This document shows positions 10,086 to 19,924 of a stretch of DNA of 23,655 nt, piece after piece (the stretch's first letter is position 1; every line of letters begins with the position of its first letter). Below the pieces are notes generated by a model. That model was not told where the DNA came from and ran no database searches. It saw only the letters and a list, made by a program, of their open reading frames with translations. A program made the position numbers and the translations under genes. Origin of the DNA: Octopus sinensis (Eukaryota); NCBI RefSeq assembly GCF_006345805.1, contig NW_021836614.1:1-23655 (forward strand). Direction: 5' to 3'.

Positions 10086-10187
10086 CGTTTCCAGAGAGCA
10101 AAATATATGACGAACAGTTGCAATCAAAATCCCTAATTTCTTTGTTGTAAAGTGATCGATTGCATATGACATGAGCCATTACAATAG
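10086..10187 (-). CDS. Putative 102-nt phase 1-1 exon: (A)IVMAHVICNRSLYNKEIRDFDCNCSSYILLSGN(D)
   Basis: Acceptor AATATTTTAG; strong donor ACG|GTATGT; open and in phase with exon 9891-9686. Confidence 0.5.
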
Positions 10188-10322
10188 CTAAAATATTGGC
10201 ATATGGCTTTCTAAAATACACCAAAATGCACATTCTTGAGCTGACGCCGTGTTTTCATATGTTTTAATCCGAGAACATAGGCATTTTGACGAAGTGATTT
10301 CTCCAAAAAGTACTCTTGTGTT

Positions 10323-11140
10323 AATAAACGACCTCGTCTCGTCGAAGCTAAACAGCTAACTGTTCAAAAACGAAGCACAGGGGGAGTTTACATATAATAC
10401 ATCCGGTAAATGGCAGGCTTCTTCGAATTGCATTTCGGGTAGGAAAAGTTTTTTCGGAATAAAATTTTTTAACAATTAAGGATAACCTCTTATATAAGGA
10501 ATCTTAACAAGAAATTATCAGGTAGATAGCGTGAAAAACCTCATAAGATAAAAATTTCGAAAATAATTATTTCTTATTGAACATATTAATTTATATATTG
10601 AGGGCATTATTATACATACATGCCACACGCTAAGAGGGACATTAGTCATTTCTACCAAAAATTTTTACTAATTCTACCCAAATGCAATTTTTCAAAGCAA
10701 GACATTTAAAAAATTAAGTCTTGTATCACCTGTGATTTCGTATTTACGTACTCATCAGCAAAACTGGTTCTGAACGTATCATAAATAAACGACCTCGTCT
10801 CGTCGAAGCTAAACAGCTAACTGTTCAACAACGAAGCACATGGGGGAGTTTACATATAATACATCCGGTAAATGGCAGGCTTCTTCGAATTGCATTTCGG
10901 GTAGGAAAAGTTTTTTCGGAATAAAATTATTTAACAATTAAGGATAACCTCTTAATAGAATCTTAACAAGAAATATCAGGTAGATAGCGTGAAAAACCTC
11001 ATAAGATAAAAATTTTGAAAATAATTCTTTCTATTGAACATATTAATTTATATATAGAGGGCATTATTATACATACATGCCACACGCTAAGAGGGACATT
11101 AGTCATTTCTACCAAAAATTTTTACTAATTCTACCCAAAT
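10323..11140 (-). mobile_element. Retrozyme-like element: direct repeat (10323-10683), 100-bp hammerhead spacer, direct repeat (10784-11140); unit about 461 bp
   Basis: Two ~360-bp copies with few differences (roughly 95% identical by eye) flank a canonical hammerhead. No ORF. One end abuts (TA)n. Confidence 0.65.
10717..10765 (-). ncRNA. Canonical type I hammerhead ribozyme
   Basis: Minus strand reads AGUUUUG-CUGAUGA-GUA(CGUAAA)UAC-GAA-AUCAC(AG)GUGAU-A^-CAAGACU. All core nucleotides are present, helix I has 7 bp (one G-U), helix II 3 bp and helix III 5 bp. Predicted cleavage is between 10724 and 10723. Confidence 0.88.
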
Positions 11141-11142
11141 TA

Positions 11143-11205
<63 letters not shown>

Positions 11206-11232
11206 TATATATATATATATAATTATTATATA

Positions 11233-11294
<62 letters not shown>

Positions 11295-11299
11295 ATATA
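11143..11299. repeat. Interrupted (TA)n microsatellite
   Basis: Direct reading. Confidence 0.97.
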
Positions 11300-11504
11300 C
11301 ACGAGGTCTGATCAATAAGTATACGGATTGTTCCGAGCGGGAATAAGCTGAAGCATGCTGGGTAAAACCGCTTGGCAAAAAGTGGTTGGGACTCTGTTGT
11401 GCAAGAGCGCTATGTTTTAACGTTCTAGCCATTTCTGCGGTTTACAGCAGTGCCTGGAAGGAAGGTGAGTAGCGTGTTATCGCCGCATTGACCATGACAG
11501 GGGG
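11300..11504 (+). mobile_element. Mariner-like 5' end (TIR and leader), truncated just after a possible transposase ATG at 11494
   Basis: CGAGGTCTGATCAATAAGTAT.CGGA.TG directly after a TA tract resembles mariner TIRs (from memory). No partner TIR in the window. Confidence 0.5.
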
Positions 11505-11646
11505 AAAGTTGTTATGCGTGCAAATTAAGACGTGCTTTGTAATTTTCAATGAAAAAAGTTTCTTTATTCTAAATCGTTTAAATAAAGAACCTTTTTTCAT
11601 TGAAAAACACAAAACACGTCTAAAAATGCACGCTTAACCAACCTTT
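11505..11646. repeat. ~140-bp imperfect palindrome (MITE-like foldback)
   Basis: Arms 11505-11568 and 11581-11646 are reverse complements (e.g. TTTTCAATGAAAAAAG / CTTTTTTCATTGAAAA) around a 12-nt centre. Confidence 0.85.
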
Positions 11647-12023
11647 ATCTTTTTACATATTTCAATTCACGATTATATCACTGTACATAAATCCCCTTAC
11701 TAAACAAGGTTTTTGAAACTTGTGTGTGTCTGTACACGTATACATATTTCCCCTCCCATTACCGAAAGCTGAACAGTTATCTCCCTTACTCACAACAATA
11801 ACAATAGTAACGACAACCAATTACCTCCCTTTATATATCTACCTGTGAAGTCATTCACTCATGAATATCATTACACACATCATGCACAAAATTACTTCTT
11901 AAGAAAAAATAATAATTCAAATAAGGAAAACTTAATATCATGAATAGCGATAGCGAAACTGGTCGATATATTAAAAATTATATTAAACTATGTAAGTGTG
12001 CGTATTTTCCTTTTTTAATTTCT

Positions 12024-12058
<35 letters not shown>

Positions 12059-12201
12059 CTGTGTGTATGTCTACGTATATCTGTCTTCTGTAGTAGTAGT
12101 AGCTCCAAAGAAGTCAAATTACTTTATTACTCTTCTGTACCGATTATGTTCCCTGATAGATACGTAGGTAGGTAGGTAGATATGTGCGCGCGTGTGTCTG
12201 A

Positions 12202-12366
12202 GACGGGTTTATTTCAGTTTTCGTCAATCATACATACATTCGCAAGGGTTTTGTCGGCTCATATTTAAACTAAATTGCCCCTACCGCTGGTTCCATGCAG
12301 TGGGTCAGAACCCGGAACTATGTGGTTGGAAAGAAAACCTCTTGCTGTACAGGAACACCTGCACCT
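12202..12366 (-). mobile_element. Degraded tRNA-derived SINE
   Basis: Minus strand reads AGGTGCAGG...CCAACCACATAGTTCCGGGTTCTGACCCACTGC...GAAAACTGAAATAAACCCGTC, followed by simple repeats. It resembles an octopus SINE family (from memory). Confidence 0.7.
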
Positions 12367-12380
12367 AAAATCAGTGCCAA

Positions 12381-12435
12381 TCCTGTGACGGGAATGGAAC
12401 CCGTGACGCCTGGATAACAGCCAGGAATCCTAACG
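12381..12435 (-). tRNA. 5'-truncated tRNA-Glu-like pseudogene or SINE head; anticodon position reads GTT
   Basis: GTTAGGATT-CCTGG-CTGTTAT-CCAGG-CGTC-ACGGG-TTCCATT-CCCGT-CACAGGA. The anticodon and T arms pair and resemble metazoan tRNA-Glu(TTC), but there is no 5' acceptor strand. Confidence 0.55.
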
Positions 12436-12769
12436 TCTATATCCTTAAAAATTACTCATTATCTGAAACATAACTATTTTTAAACTGGTAGAAAATCAGG
12501 ATTTTCTTAACAAAGATATAAGATTGATTCAATGTTACTTAAGCTTCATTTTCTCATTTCGTTGAGAAGGAAAGTGAAAGTAGAATCGAGATTAGATAGT
12601 GACATTTTAATTCGAGAGAGGTTCATTGATTCTCTCATTCACAGCTCTTTGTCTAAAAATGATTTCTTTTATGGACGTAAAAAACATACGAGACACAGAG
12701 ACGAAGTACAATATCCGCCACGGTGGGATTCTAAAGAGAATGTAAAGGGACGTGACTCAATACTAAAGA

Positions 12770-12930
12770 TATTTTATCAGTCGATTCATGATTTCTACAA
12801 ATCCATCCCCGTCCTTTCCGTTCTCTGTGGAAATGAGAAATAATAACTGTAAACCGAATGTAACGAAAGCGCAAGTCAGCTACAGTATTCTAGATTATAG
12901 AATTATTAAAACAATTTCAGTAATTATCCC
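12770..12930 (-). pseudogene. Duplicate of the exon at 13380 (starts 12879): LTCAFVTFGLQLLFLISTENGKDGDGFVEIMNRLIKYL*
   Basis: About 160 bp of homology with 13270-13430, including the acceptor ATACTGTAG. Confidence 0.45.
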
Positions 12931-13248
12931 TTTCTATTGATTCATATTATATGCCTCTTGTATGAAAAAAATACTTGCTCTATCAGATCTAGTCAGAAAA
13001 CCAAACCGGCTAAAGAAAGACTTGAGTAAGTTTTGAATTTAGCAGGCAAAATCACTTGGAATTCATTGAAATATTCCAGGCACCAGACAAGAAAAATTTG
13101 CCCAGTGTTATTTATTTTAATATTCAACAGATCGCTAATCACTATCCTAAGAATTATTACCCTATTTTCATATATATTTCTTTATTTTAAATCTATCTAT
13201 CTATATTAAATCCTAAATCACAGCAAAATTCGAAATCAGAACGTTAAC

Positions 13249-13477
13249 TTTCAAGACAGAGTAGAAAGGATAGTTGATCAGTCGATCCATGATTTCCAGA
13301 AATCCATCTCCGTCCTGTCCATTCTCATTGGAAGTGGAAAATGAAAATGGTAAACCGATTGTGATAAAAGCACAAGTCAGCTACAGTATTTTATATCATA
13401 GAATTATAAAAACAATTTCAGTAATTAACTCTCATTTCATTCTTAATATTATTAATTCACTTACCTTTCAGATTCAT
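13249..13477 (-). CDS. Putative ATG mini-exon (13477-13465, MNLK) and signal-peptide-like exon (13380-13249, LTCAFITIGLPFSFSTSNENGQDGDGFLEIMDRLINYPFYSVLK)
   Basis: Consensus donor G|GTAAGT and an 84-nt intron. Half of the 22 differences from the 12879 copy fall at third codon positions. The two exons are one base out of phase. Confidence 0.45.
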
Positions 13478-13749
13478 GACTGTTTCAGGGTTGTTAAGTA
13501 AACTTCACTTTTAGTTGTAAAACCGACCAACAAGACGTGTCTCACTGCAAACAATAAGCTTCTGCCTTTTAATGTTCCCTTTTCCTAGTCTCAATAAACA
13601 AGCTTTCTTTTATTTATTCCTATTCTCTTCGTTCTGATAATTTAAGAATAAATTCAGGATATTTCACAGTTTATTTCTTTTTGCATTGGCTTCGAAAAGA
13701 CAATGTCTTTAAAACAATCTCTCCCGAGTTCTTCCACTCTTATAAAAAC

Positions 13750-14066
13750 TGATGACCAACTTCAACTTTCTTTTCCTCTTACACAAGAAGTCGTCGCAAG
13801 GTAATTTCACTTTTCGTTAAATAAGTTCTTAAATTCCAGGTCTTATATTTGTTTCTCTTTCTCTCCCGAATGCTTTGCTCTTCAGAAGGTAGTAAATAAA
13901 CAGCTTGAAACAAGTCGACTGCGTTTGTATGCATGATGAGCGAAACGATTATACTTTAACTTGGCAATATATCGATAGCTTTGAAGTTTTAATTATTACA
14001 CTAGATAAAATACACTAAATGCCCTCGAAAAACCTGTGGTCAACGAGTACAGGGAAAGAGAATCCA
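13750..14066. repeat. Duplicated unique segment U1 (homologous to U2 15511-15810, U3 19925-20397, U4 21659-22110)
   Basis: Shared core AACAAGTCGA...GAAAC.ATT...TTAA.TTGGCAATATA.CGATAGC. Confidence 0.9.
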
Positions 14067-14074
14067 AATCCAAG

Positions 14075-14389
14075 TCAGTGAACGTAGTGAAGATGAAGAT
14101 CTTAGCTGGTCACCAGCTCCCAGATCTCAATATTATTGAACATTTATGGTGCATTATAGAAAAAACAAGTTAGGAGTCGATATCCTCCAGCATCATCTCT
14201 ACAAGAACTGGAGACTGTTTTAGCTGAAGCCATTCCTGTCGAAATTCCTTTCGAAGCGATTCAAACTTTGTACGCGTCTATACCTCGTAGAATTCAAGCT
14301 GTAATTACTGCCAAAGGTGGTCCTACCCCATATTAAACTATATTTGTTTTAAATTTTAAGGTGTTTCCATTATTTTTGTCCAACTCCTG
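14075..14389 (+). mobile_element. Tc1-like transposon 3' fragment
   Basis: Frameshifted W..PDLNIIEHLW...IPRRIQAVITAKGGPTPY*, ending ...TTTGTCCAACTCCTG followed by TA at 14390-14391. Confidence 0.85.
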
Positions 14390-14390
14390 T

Positions 14391-14756
14391 ACATATATAC
14401 ATACATACATACACACATACATACATACACATACATACATACATACATACATATATACACACACATACATACACACTTTCATACATACATGAATACATAT
14501 ACTCACATACATATATACACACATACATACACGAATACATACACTCACATACATACATACACTCACATACATACATACACACATACATACATGAATATAT
14601 ACACACACATACATATATACACACATACATACATATATACACATACATACATACACACATTCATGCATATATGAATACATACACACACATACATATATAC
14701 ACACATACATACATGAATATATACACACACATACATATATACACATTCATACATAC
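14391..14756. repeat. Degenerate (CATA)n/(CA)n microsatellite block
   Basis: Direct reading. Confidence 0.96.
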
Positions 14757-15120
14757 ATGGAAGCATGCTGTGTTACAGTGCGTCGCTTCATCCCCCATTT
14801 CTAAGGGATTCCTTGGCGGACGACCCCTTTTTACAATTTAAGGCGACAACCCTACAACCCACGGCTCTGTTTGGGCAGTCGTTGGCAGTGAGGATTTTAC
14901 GGGATCAAAGTGCAAATCCTAACTCGCCCCCTTTTGGTCGCTTTTTACGAAACCCAGACGAAACATTGGGTCTATTCATTGATATGCCAGTCCCCTCACA
15001 CCCTGGGGCAACGTGAAATGCAGAACTTTGCTCAAGGATCACACACGCCATCCCGTCCAGGAATCGATCGCACGGTCAGCGAATCGTGGGTGCAAATCTT
15101 GACCCCTAAGCCACGCACAT
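14757..15120 (-). mobile_element. tRNA-derived SINE
   Basis: A-box-like TGGCTTAGGGG (15113-15103), B-box-like GATCGATTCC (15069-15060), then GATCCTTGAGCAAAG...TTTCACGTTGC. The tail runs into (ATGT)n. Confidence 0.75.
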
Positions 15121-15510
15121 TCACTGATGAAAACAATTATAAACGTTGGGCTTATATTTTAATATTCAATAAAACAATAATCATTTTCCCTGATTGTGAG
15201 TATCTTATCACTTCTGGATACTAATCGATACTAAGAACATAACTAGATTATACTCCACGGAAAACATGACTACTTAAGAAGAAAGAAAGAAAATATACTT
15301 TCAACAAATAAATCACGGTTGACTACATATTGAATAGACTCAAGGATGATTATCGCAATCAGCAGCCGGATATTATTAATCAATATTTTCCATTTATTCT
15401 TTGAAAGTGATTATGCCTCAGCGTTGTAAAGATTTCACGAATATTTCTTGTTCGAACTTGTTACTTTTCTTAAATTAATGAAGCTTTTTTCCTATCTTTA
15501 AAATTCATTT

Positions 15511-15810
15511 CATGGCCAACTTGAACTTTCTTTTCCTCTTACACAAGAAGTCGTCGCCAGGTAATTTCACTTTTCGTTAAATAAGTTCTTAAATTCCAGG
15601 TCTTATATTCGTTCGTCTTTCTCTCCAGAATGCTTTGCTCTTCAGAAGGTAAGTAAATCATCAGTTTTACCCGTAGCTTTGTTAGGTTTTCAACAGCAAC
15701 TGTTACTATCCATCGATCTTAGCAAATAAACCGCTTGAAACAAGTCGACTGCGTTTGTATGCATGATGAGCGAAACGATTATACTTTAACTTGGCAATAT
15801 ATCGATAGCA
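15511..15810. repeat. Duplicated segment U2, carrying about 69 nt absent from U1
   Basis: Near-identical to 13750-13980 apart from the indel, which has AAAT microhomology. Confidence 0.9.
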
Positions 15811-15814
15811 TTAA

Positions 15815-15957
15815 ATACACATATAGATAGATACATAAATATAAACATACATATATATACATATATACATATATATACATACATACATAGATACAAATAT
15901 ACATACATATACATACATACATATATATATACATACATATACACATAACTACATACA

Positions 15958-15989
<32 letters not shown>

Positions 15990-16109
15990 CATACATACAT
16001 ATACATACATACCTATATATACATACATACACACAGGCATATACATACATACATATATATATACATACATATATACATATATATACATACAAAGATATAT
16101 ATATATACA

Positions 16110-16145
<36 letters not shown>

Positions 16146-16176
16146 CATACATACATACATACATACATATTTAAAT

Positions 16177-16242
<66 letters not shown>

Positions 16243-16257
16243 CATACATATACATAC
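15815..16257. repeat. Degenerate (CATA)n/(TA)n block
   Basis: Direct reading. Confidence 0.96.
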
Positions 16258-16544
16258 GTGGAGGCGCAATGGCCTAGTGGTTAGGGCAGCGGACTCGTGG
16301 TCGAAGGATCGCGGTTTCGATTCCCAGACCGGGCGTTGTGAGTGTTTATTGAGCGAAAACACCTAAAAGCTCCACGAGGCTCCGGCAGGGGGTGGTGATC
16401 CCTACTGTACTCTTTCACCAACTTCCGTTGGCCTGCTCGCTTAGCCAGCGGGGTGGCGTCATTCCAAGGCGAACGCATTGTGACCACCGATGTGTAACAA
16501 CATCTGATGGTCTGGTCGGTCACGTGATCCCGTGATCACGTGAC
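16258..16544 (+). mobile_element. Full-length tRNA-derived SINE with an 8-bp tandem tail
   Basis: A-box TGGCCTAGTGG (16270-16280), B-box GGTTTCGATTCCC (16313-16325), tail CACGTGAT-CCCGTGAT-CACGTGAC. Confidence 0.88.
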
Positions 16545-17052
16545 ATATATATACATACATACATATATATACATACATATATAAACATACATACAGACAT
16601 ATATACATACATGCACACACACATACATCCATACATACATACATGCATACATACATAAATACATACATATATACATACATACATACATGTATACATACAT
16701 ACACATACATATATACATGCATACATATACATACATACATATACATACATTCATACATGTATACATACATACATACATAAATACACATACATACATACAT
16801 ACAAACATACATGTATACATACACACAAACACACATACATACATAAACATATACATACATACATACATACATACATGCATATATATACATACATACATAC
16901 AAACATACATACATGTATATATACATACATACACATACATACATCCATACATATATAGACACACACACATACATACATACACACATACATATACACATAC
17001 ATACATAAAAAATACATACATACATACTTACAAAGATTCATACATACACACA
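16545..17052. repeat. Degenerate (CATA)n block
   Basis: Direct reading. Confidence 0.96.
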
Positions 17053-18709
17053 TTGTATTGTATTGGCATCCTTTCTGTCTCGGGAGACAATAGAGTTGCG
17101 CATGTTTTTTTTTGTTTTTTTTTGTTTTTTGGTTTTGTTCTTTGGTAGTCTAGTCCGGCTTTTATATTTCATGTCCTGATACATTTCCTGCTGTGGCTGT
17201 GTAGTCCTATCCTGGACAAACACTCCCTCTGGCAGGTACCGCAAATGTAGCGAAGACTGTTCTTGGATGGTTGTAGTGCCATGGTCTCTTGTTTACGTCT
17301 CTTCCTTTCTTTCCATTTCTCCTCTCTCTCTCTCTGTCACTCTTTTGTATTCCCTCTTTTACTGTACGTCGCCATTCTCCACAGTTGCCGGCAACTGCCT
17401 CCCAACCGCTAATATTGATGTTGCAGGCCTTCATATCCCTTTTGCAAACATCCCTGTAACGTAACATCCCTACCGACAGACCTAGTACCCCAAGCAAGCA
17501 CTCCGTAGAGTATGTCCTTGGGGATTCTGCAATCTTTCATACGGCTAACATGCCCGTCTTTGTGTGAGGAGTGCAAACATGCTTGGTATTCCTGCTTGCC
17601 TGAGGACATCTTTGTTGGGGATATGATTCTGCCATTTGATGCGGAGGATTTTTCGGAGGCAGCGCAGGTGAAAGATGTTTAGGCGACGCTCTTGGCGTGT
17701 GTATAGCGTCCAGGTCTCGCTTCCATACAGTAGAATGCTGAGTACACATGCCTGGTAGATCTTCATTTTCGTGGTCTTGGTCAGCTTATTGCTGTCCCAA
17801 GCCCGTTTGGAGAGTTAGGCCATCGCAGCAGCTGCCTTGCCAATGCGTATATTGAGCTCAGCGTCAAGGGATAGGTTGTAGGTGACGGTAGAGCTCAGAT
17901 AGGTAAACTTCTCCACCTCTTGTAATCTGTGGTCTCCAATATGTATGTTTGGGATGTCCGATGTAGCCTGACCCATGATGTTGGTCTTCTTAAGGCTGAT
18001 AGCTAAGCCAAAGTCGTTACATGCTTGCTCAAAACAGTTAATGAGCCTTTGGAGGGCTTCTTCTGTGTGTGTTACCAGAGCGGCATCATCAGCAAATAAC
18101 ATCTTGATCAGGACTTTTGTGATTTTGGTCTTGGCACGCAGGCGCGAGAGATTGAACAGTTTCCCGTCACTTCTACTGTGCAGAAACACTCCATCATCTG
18201 ATGTCTGAAAGGCATGTGAAAGTAAGAGTGAGAAGAAGATGCCAAACAATGTAGGAGCGAGGACACAACCTTGCTTTACCCCGTTTTTTATTTGGAAGGC
18301 GGCTGATGTTGAACCGTTGTGCTGTATGGTGCCTTGCATGTCATCATGGAAAGACTTGATGATCCTCAGCAGCTTTGGTGGACATCGATTTTTTGGAGCA
18401 GGAGGAAGAGACCTGTTCTGCTTACCGAGTCAAAAGCCTTTGTTAGATCAATGAAGGCCATATATAATGGCATTTTCTGCTCTCTGGACTTCTCCTGAAG
18501 TTGGCGTATGGAGAATATCATATCGATAGTTGATCTGCTTCTTCTAAAGCCACACTGCGATTCCGGATAGATTCGAGAAGCAAGTAGTTGTAGCCTGGCC
18601 AGGATAACGCGGGCAAAGGTCTTTCCAACAGTGCTTAGAAGGGATATACCACGGTAATTGTTACAATCACCACGGTCACCTTTGTTTTTATAAAGCGTAA
18701 TGATGTTGG
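17053..18709 (-). mobile_element. RTE copy 2, 3' part (equivalent to copy-1 ~1610 to the 3' end), with a (CAATA)n tail
   Basis: Reverse complement of copy 1 (about 96% identical in a 225-nt spot check of the 5' part). RT motifs in track ORFs 18366-18752, 17815-18339 and 17545-17766, with several small deletions. Confidence 0.95.
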
Positions 18710-19830
18710 ACACTTTGGTTGGACACTTTGGTATTGGAAACATGAATGACAATGGTCAGAGACTACTCGAATTCTGCACATACCACAACCTGTGCATCAC
18801 AAACACATTCTTTACCAACAAGCCATCCCACAAGGCATCCTGGAGACATCCAAGGTCTCACCACTGGCATCAGCTGGATCTCATCATTACACGGAGATCC
18901 TTTCTGAATTCTACCCTATTGACCCGCAGCTACCACAGCGCGGATTGTGACACAGACCACTCACTAATTAGAAGCAGGGTGAGGATTCTGCCTAAAAAAG
19001 TCCATCGCTCCAAGAAAGTGGGCCGACCACGCATCAACACCGCCAGAACCTCGGACCCAACACTGCGAAAATGTTTTGCTGCTTCTATCAAGGTTGCCCT
19101 CAGTAGCTGCCCAACCTCCTCTGCTGAAAGTAGGTGGGACTATATCAGGGAAGCCTTGTATACGACATAATTGGATACTTTCGGCATGAGAGAAAGGCAA
19201 AACCCAGATTGGTTCAATGCTGGGCTCTCAGAGCTGGAGCCAGTTATCGAAGCAAAGCGTGCAGCTCTGGTGCAATACAAGAGTGACTCTTCTACAAAGT
19301 CACTCGAAGAACTCAGAAAGGCACGAAATAAAACCCGACTGACAGCTGTGCAAATAGGTATTGGCAGGAAATCTGTCAGAGTATCCAGTCAGCTGCTGAC
19401 AGGGGCGACACCCGTGGGATGTATGCCGGTTTGAAGAAGGCCCTCGGTCGATCCGCAACCAAGTCAGCCCGTCTGAAATCAACTACTGGAGATCTCATCA
19501 GGGATCAAGGCAAGCAAATGGATAGATGGGTGGAGCACTACCAGGATCTCTACTCACGGGAGACCACAGTGGCTGAGGCTGCAGTCGAGAGTGTCAAGAT
19601 CTTACCAGTCATGTGCGAACTTGACAGTCCGCCATCTATAGCAGAGCTCACCAAAGCTGTTGACTCCCTAGCAAGAAATAAGGCTCCGGGAAAAGATGGC
19701 ATCCACTCAGAGATCATCAAAGCCGGCAAAAACACCATCCTGCTTCGGCACTTTCATGAGCTTCTGTGTCAGTGCTGGGAAGAGGGTACAGTCAATCAGG
19801 ATATGCGGGATGCCAACATCATTACGCTTT
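18704..19830 (+). mobile_element. RTE copy 2, inverted 5' part (equivalent to copy-1 ~507-1630)
   Basis: Track ORFs 18700-19170, 19171-19434 and 19419-19928 match copy-1 APE/linker/RT N-terminus. Confidence 0.95.
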
Positions 19831-19924
19831 ACACACACACATACATACATACATACATACAAACACACACACATATATACGTACATACACATATATATAC
19901 ACACACACATACATACATACATAT
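19831..19924. repeat. (CA)n/(CATA)n block
   Basis: Direct reading. Confidence 0.96.

Larger units (their letters stand above)
6959..10187 (-). pseudogene. Multi-exon protein-coding gene or recent pseudogene, product unknown (possibly secreted). Proposed exons: 10187-10086, 9891-9686, 9236-9039, 8918-~8688, 8119-7970, 7434-7325, 7083-6959
   Basis: Each block has a pyrimidine-tract AG acceptor and a GT donor. Phases are compatible for 10187-10086 -> 9891-9686 -> 9236 and for 8119-7970 -> 7434-7325 -> 7083-6959. The middle exons carry stops or a frameshift. Confidence 0.6.

Noticed and set aside
10684-10723. Alternative type III hammerhead using the CAAGAC/GUCUUG hairpin followed by CUUUGAAAA
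   Set aside because: The core is out of register by two nucleotides and no helix II-GAAA-helix III follows.
13290-13330. EF-hand in GQDGDGFLEIMD
   Set aside because: Loop position 1 is not Asp and no flanking helices or partner hand are evident.
13933-13946. ATGATGAGCGAAAC (also 15763-15776) resembling a hammerhead core
   Set aside because: C3 is missing, there is no room for helix II, and the motif is not conserved in U3 or U4.
15123-15150. Other CTGATGA / CTGAAGA hits (2229, 13750, 15124, minus 15658, minus 5323)
   Set aside because: No GAAA with paired helices II and III at a suitable distance.
15512-15740. Plus-strand mini-gene suggested by donor-like GGTAAT / GGTAAGT sites in U1 and U2
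   Set aside because: It would need 39- and 48-nt introns, and one donor is lost in U1; the support is too weak.
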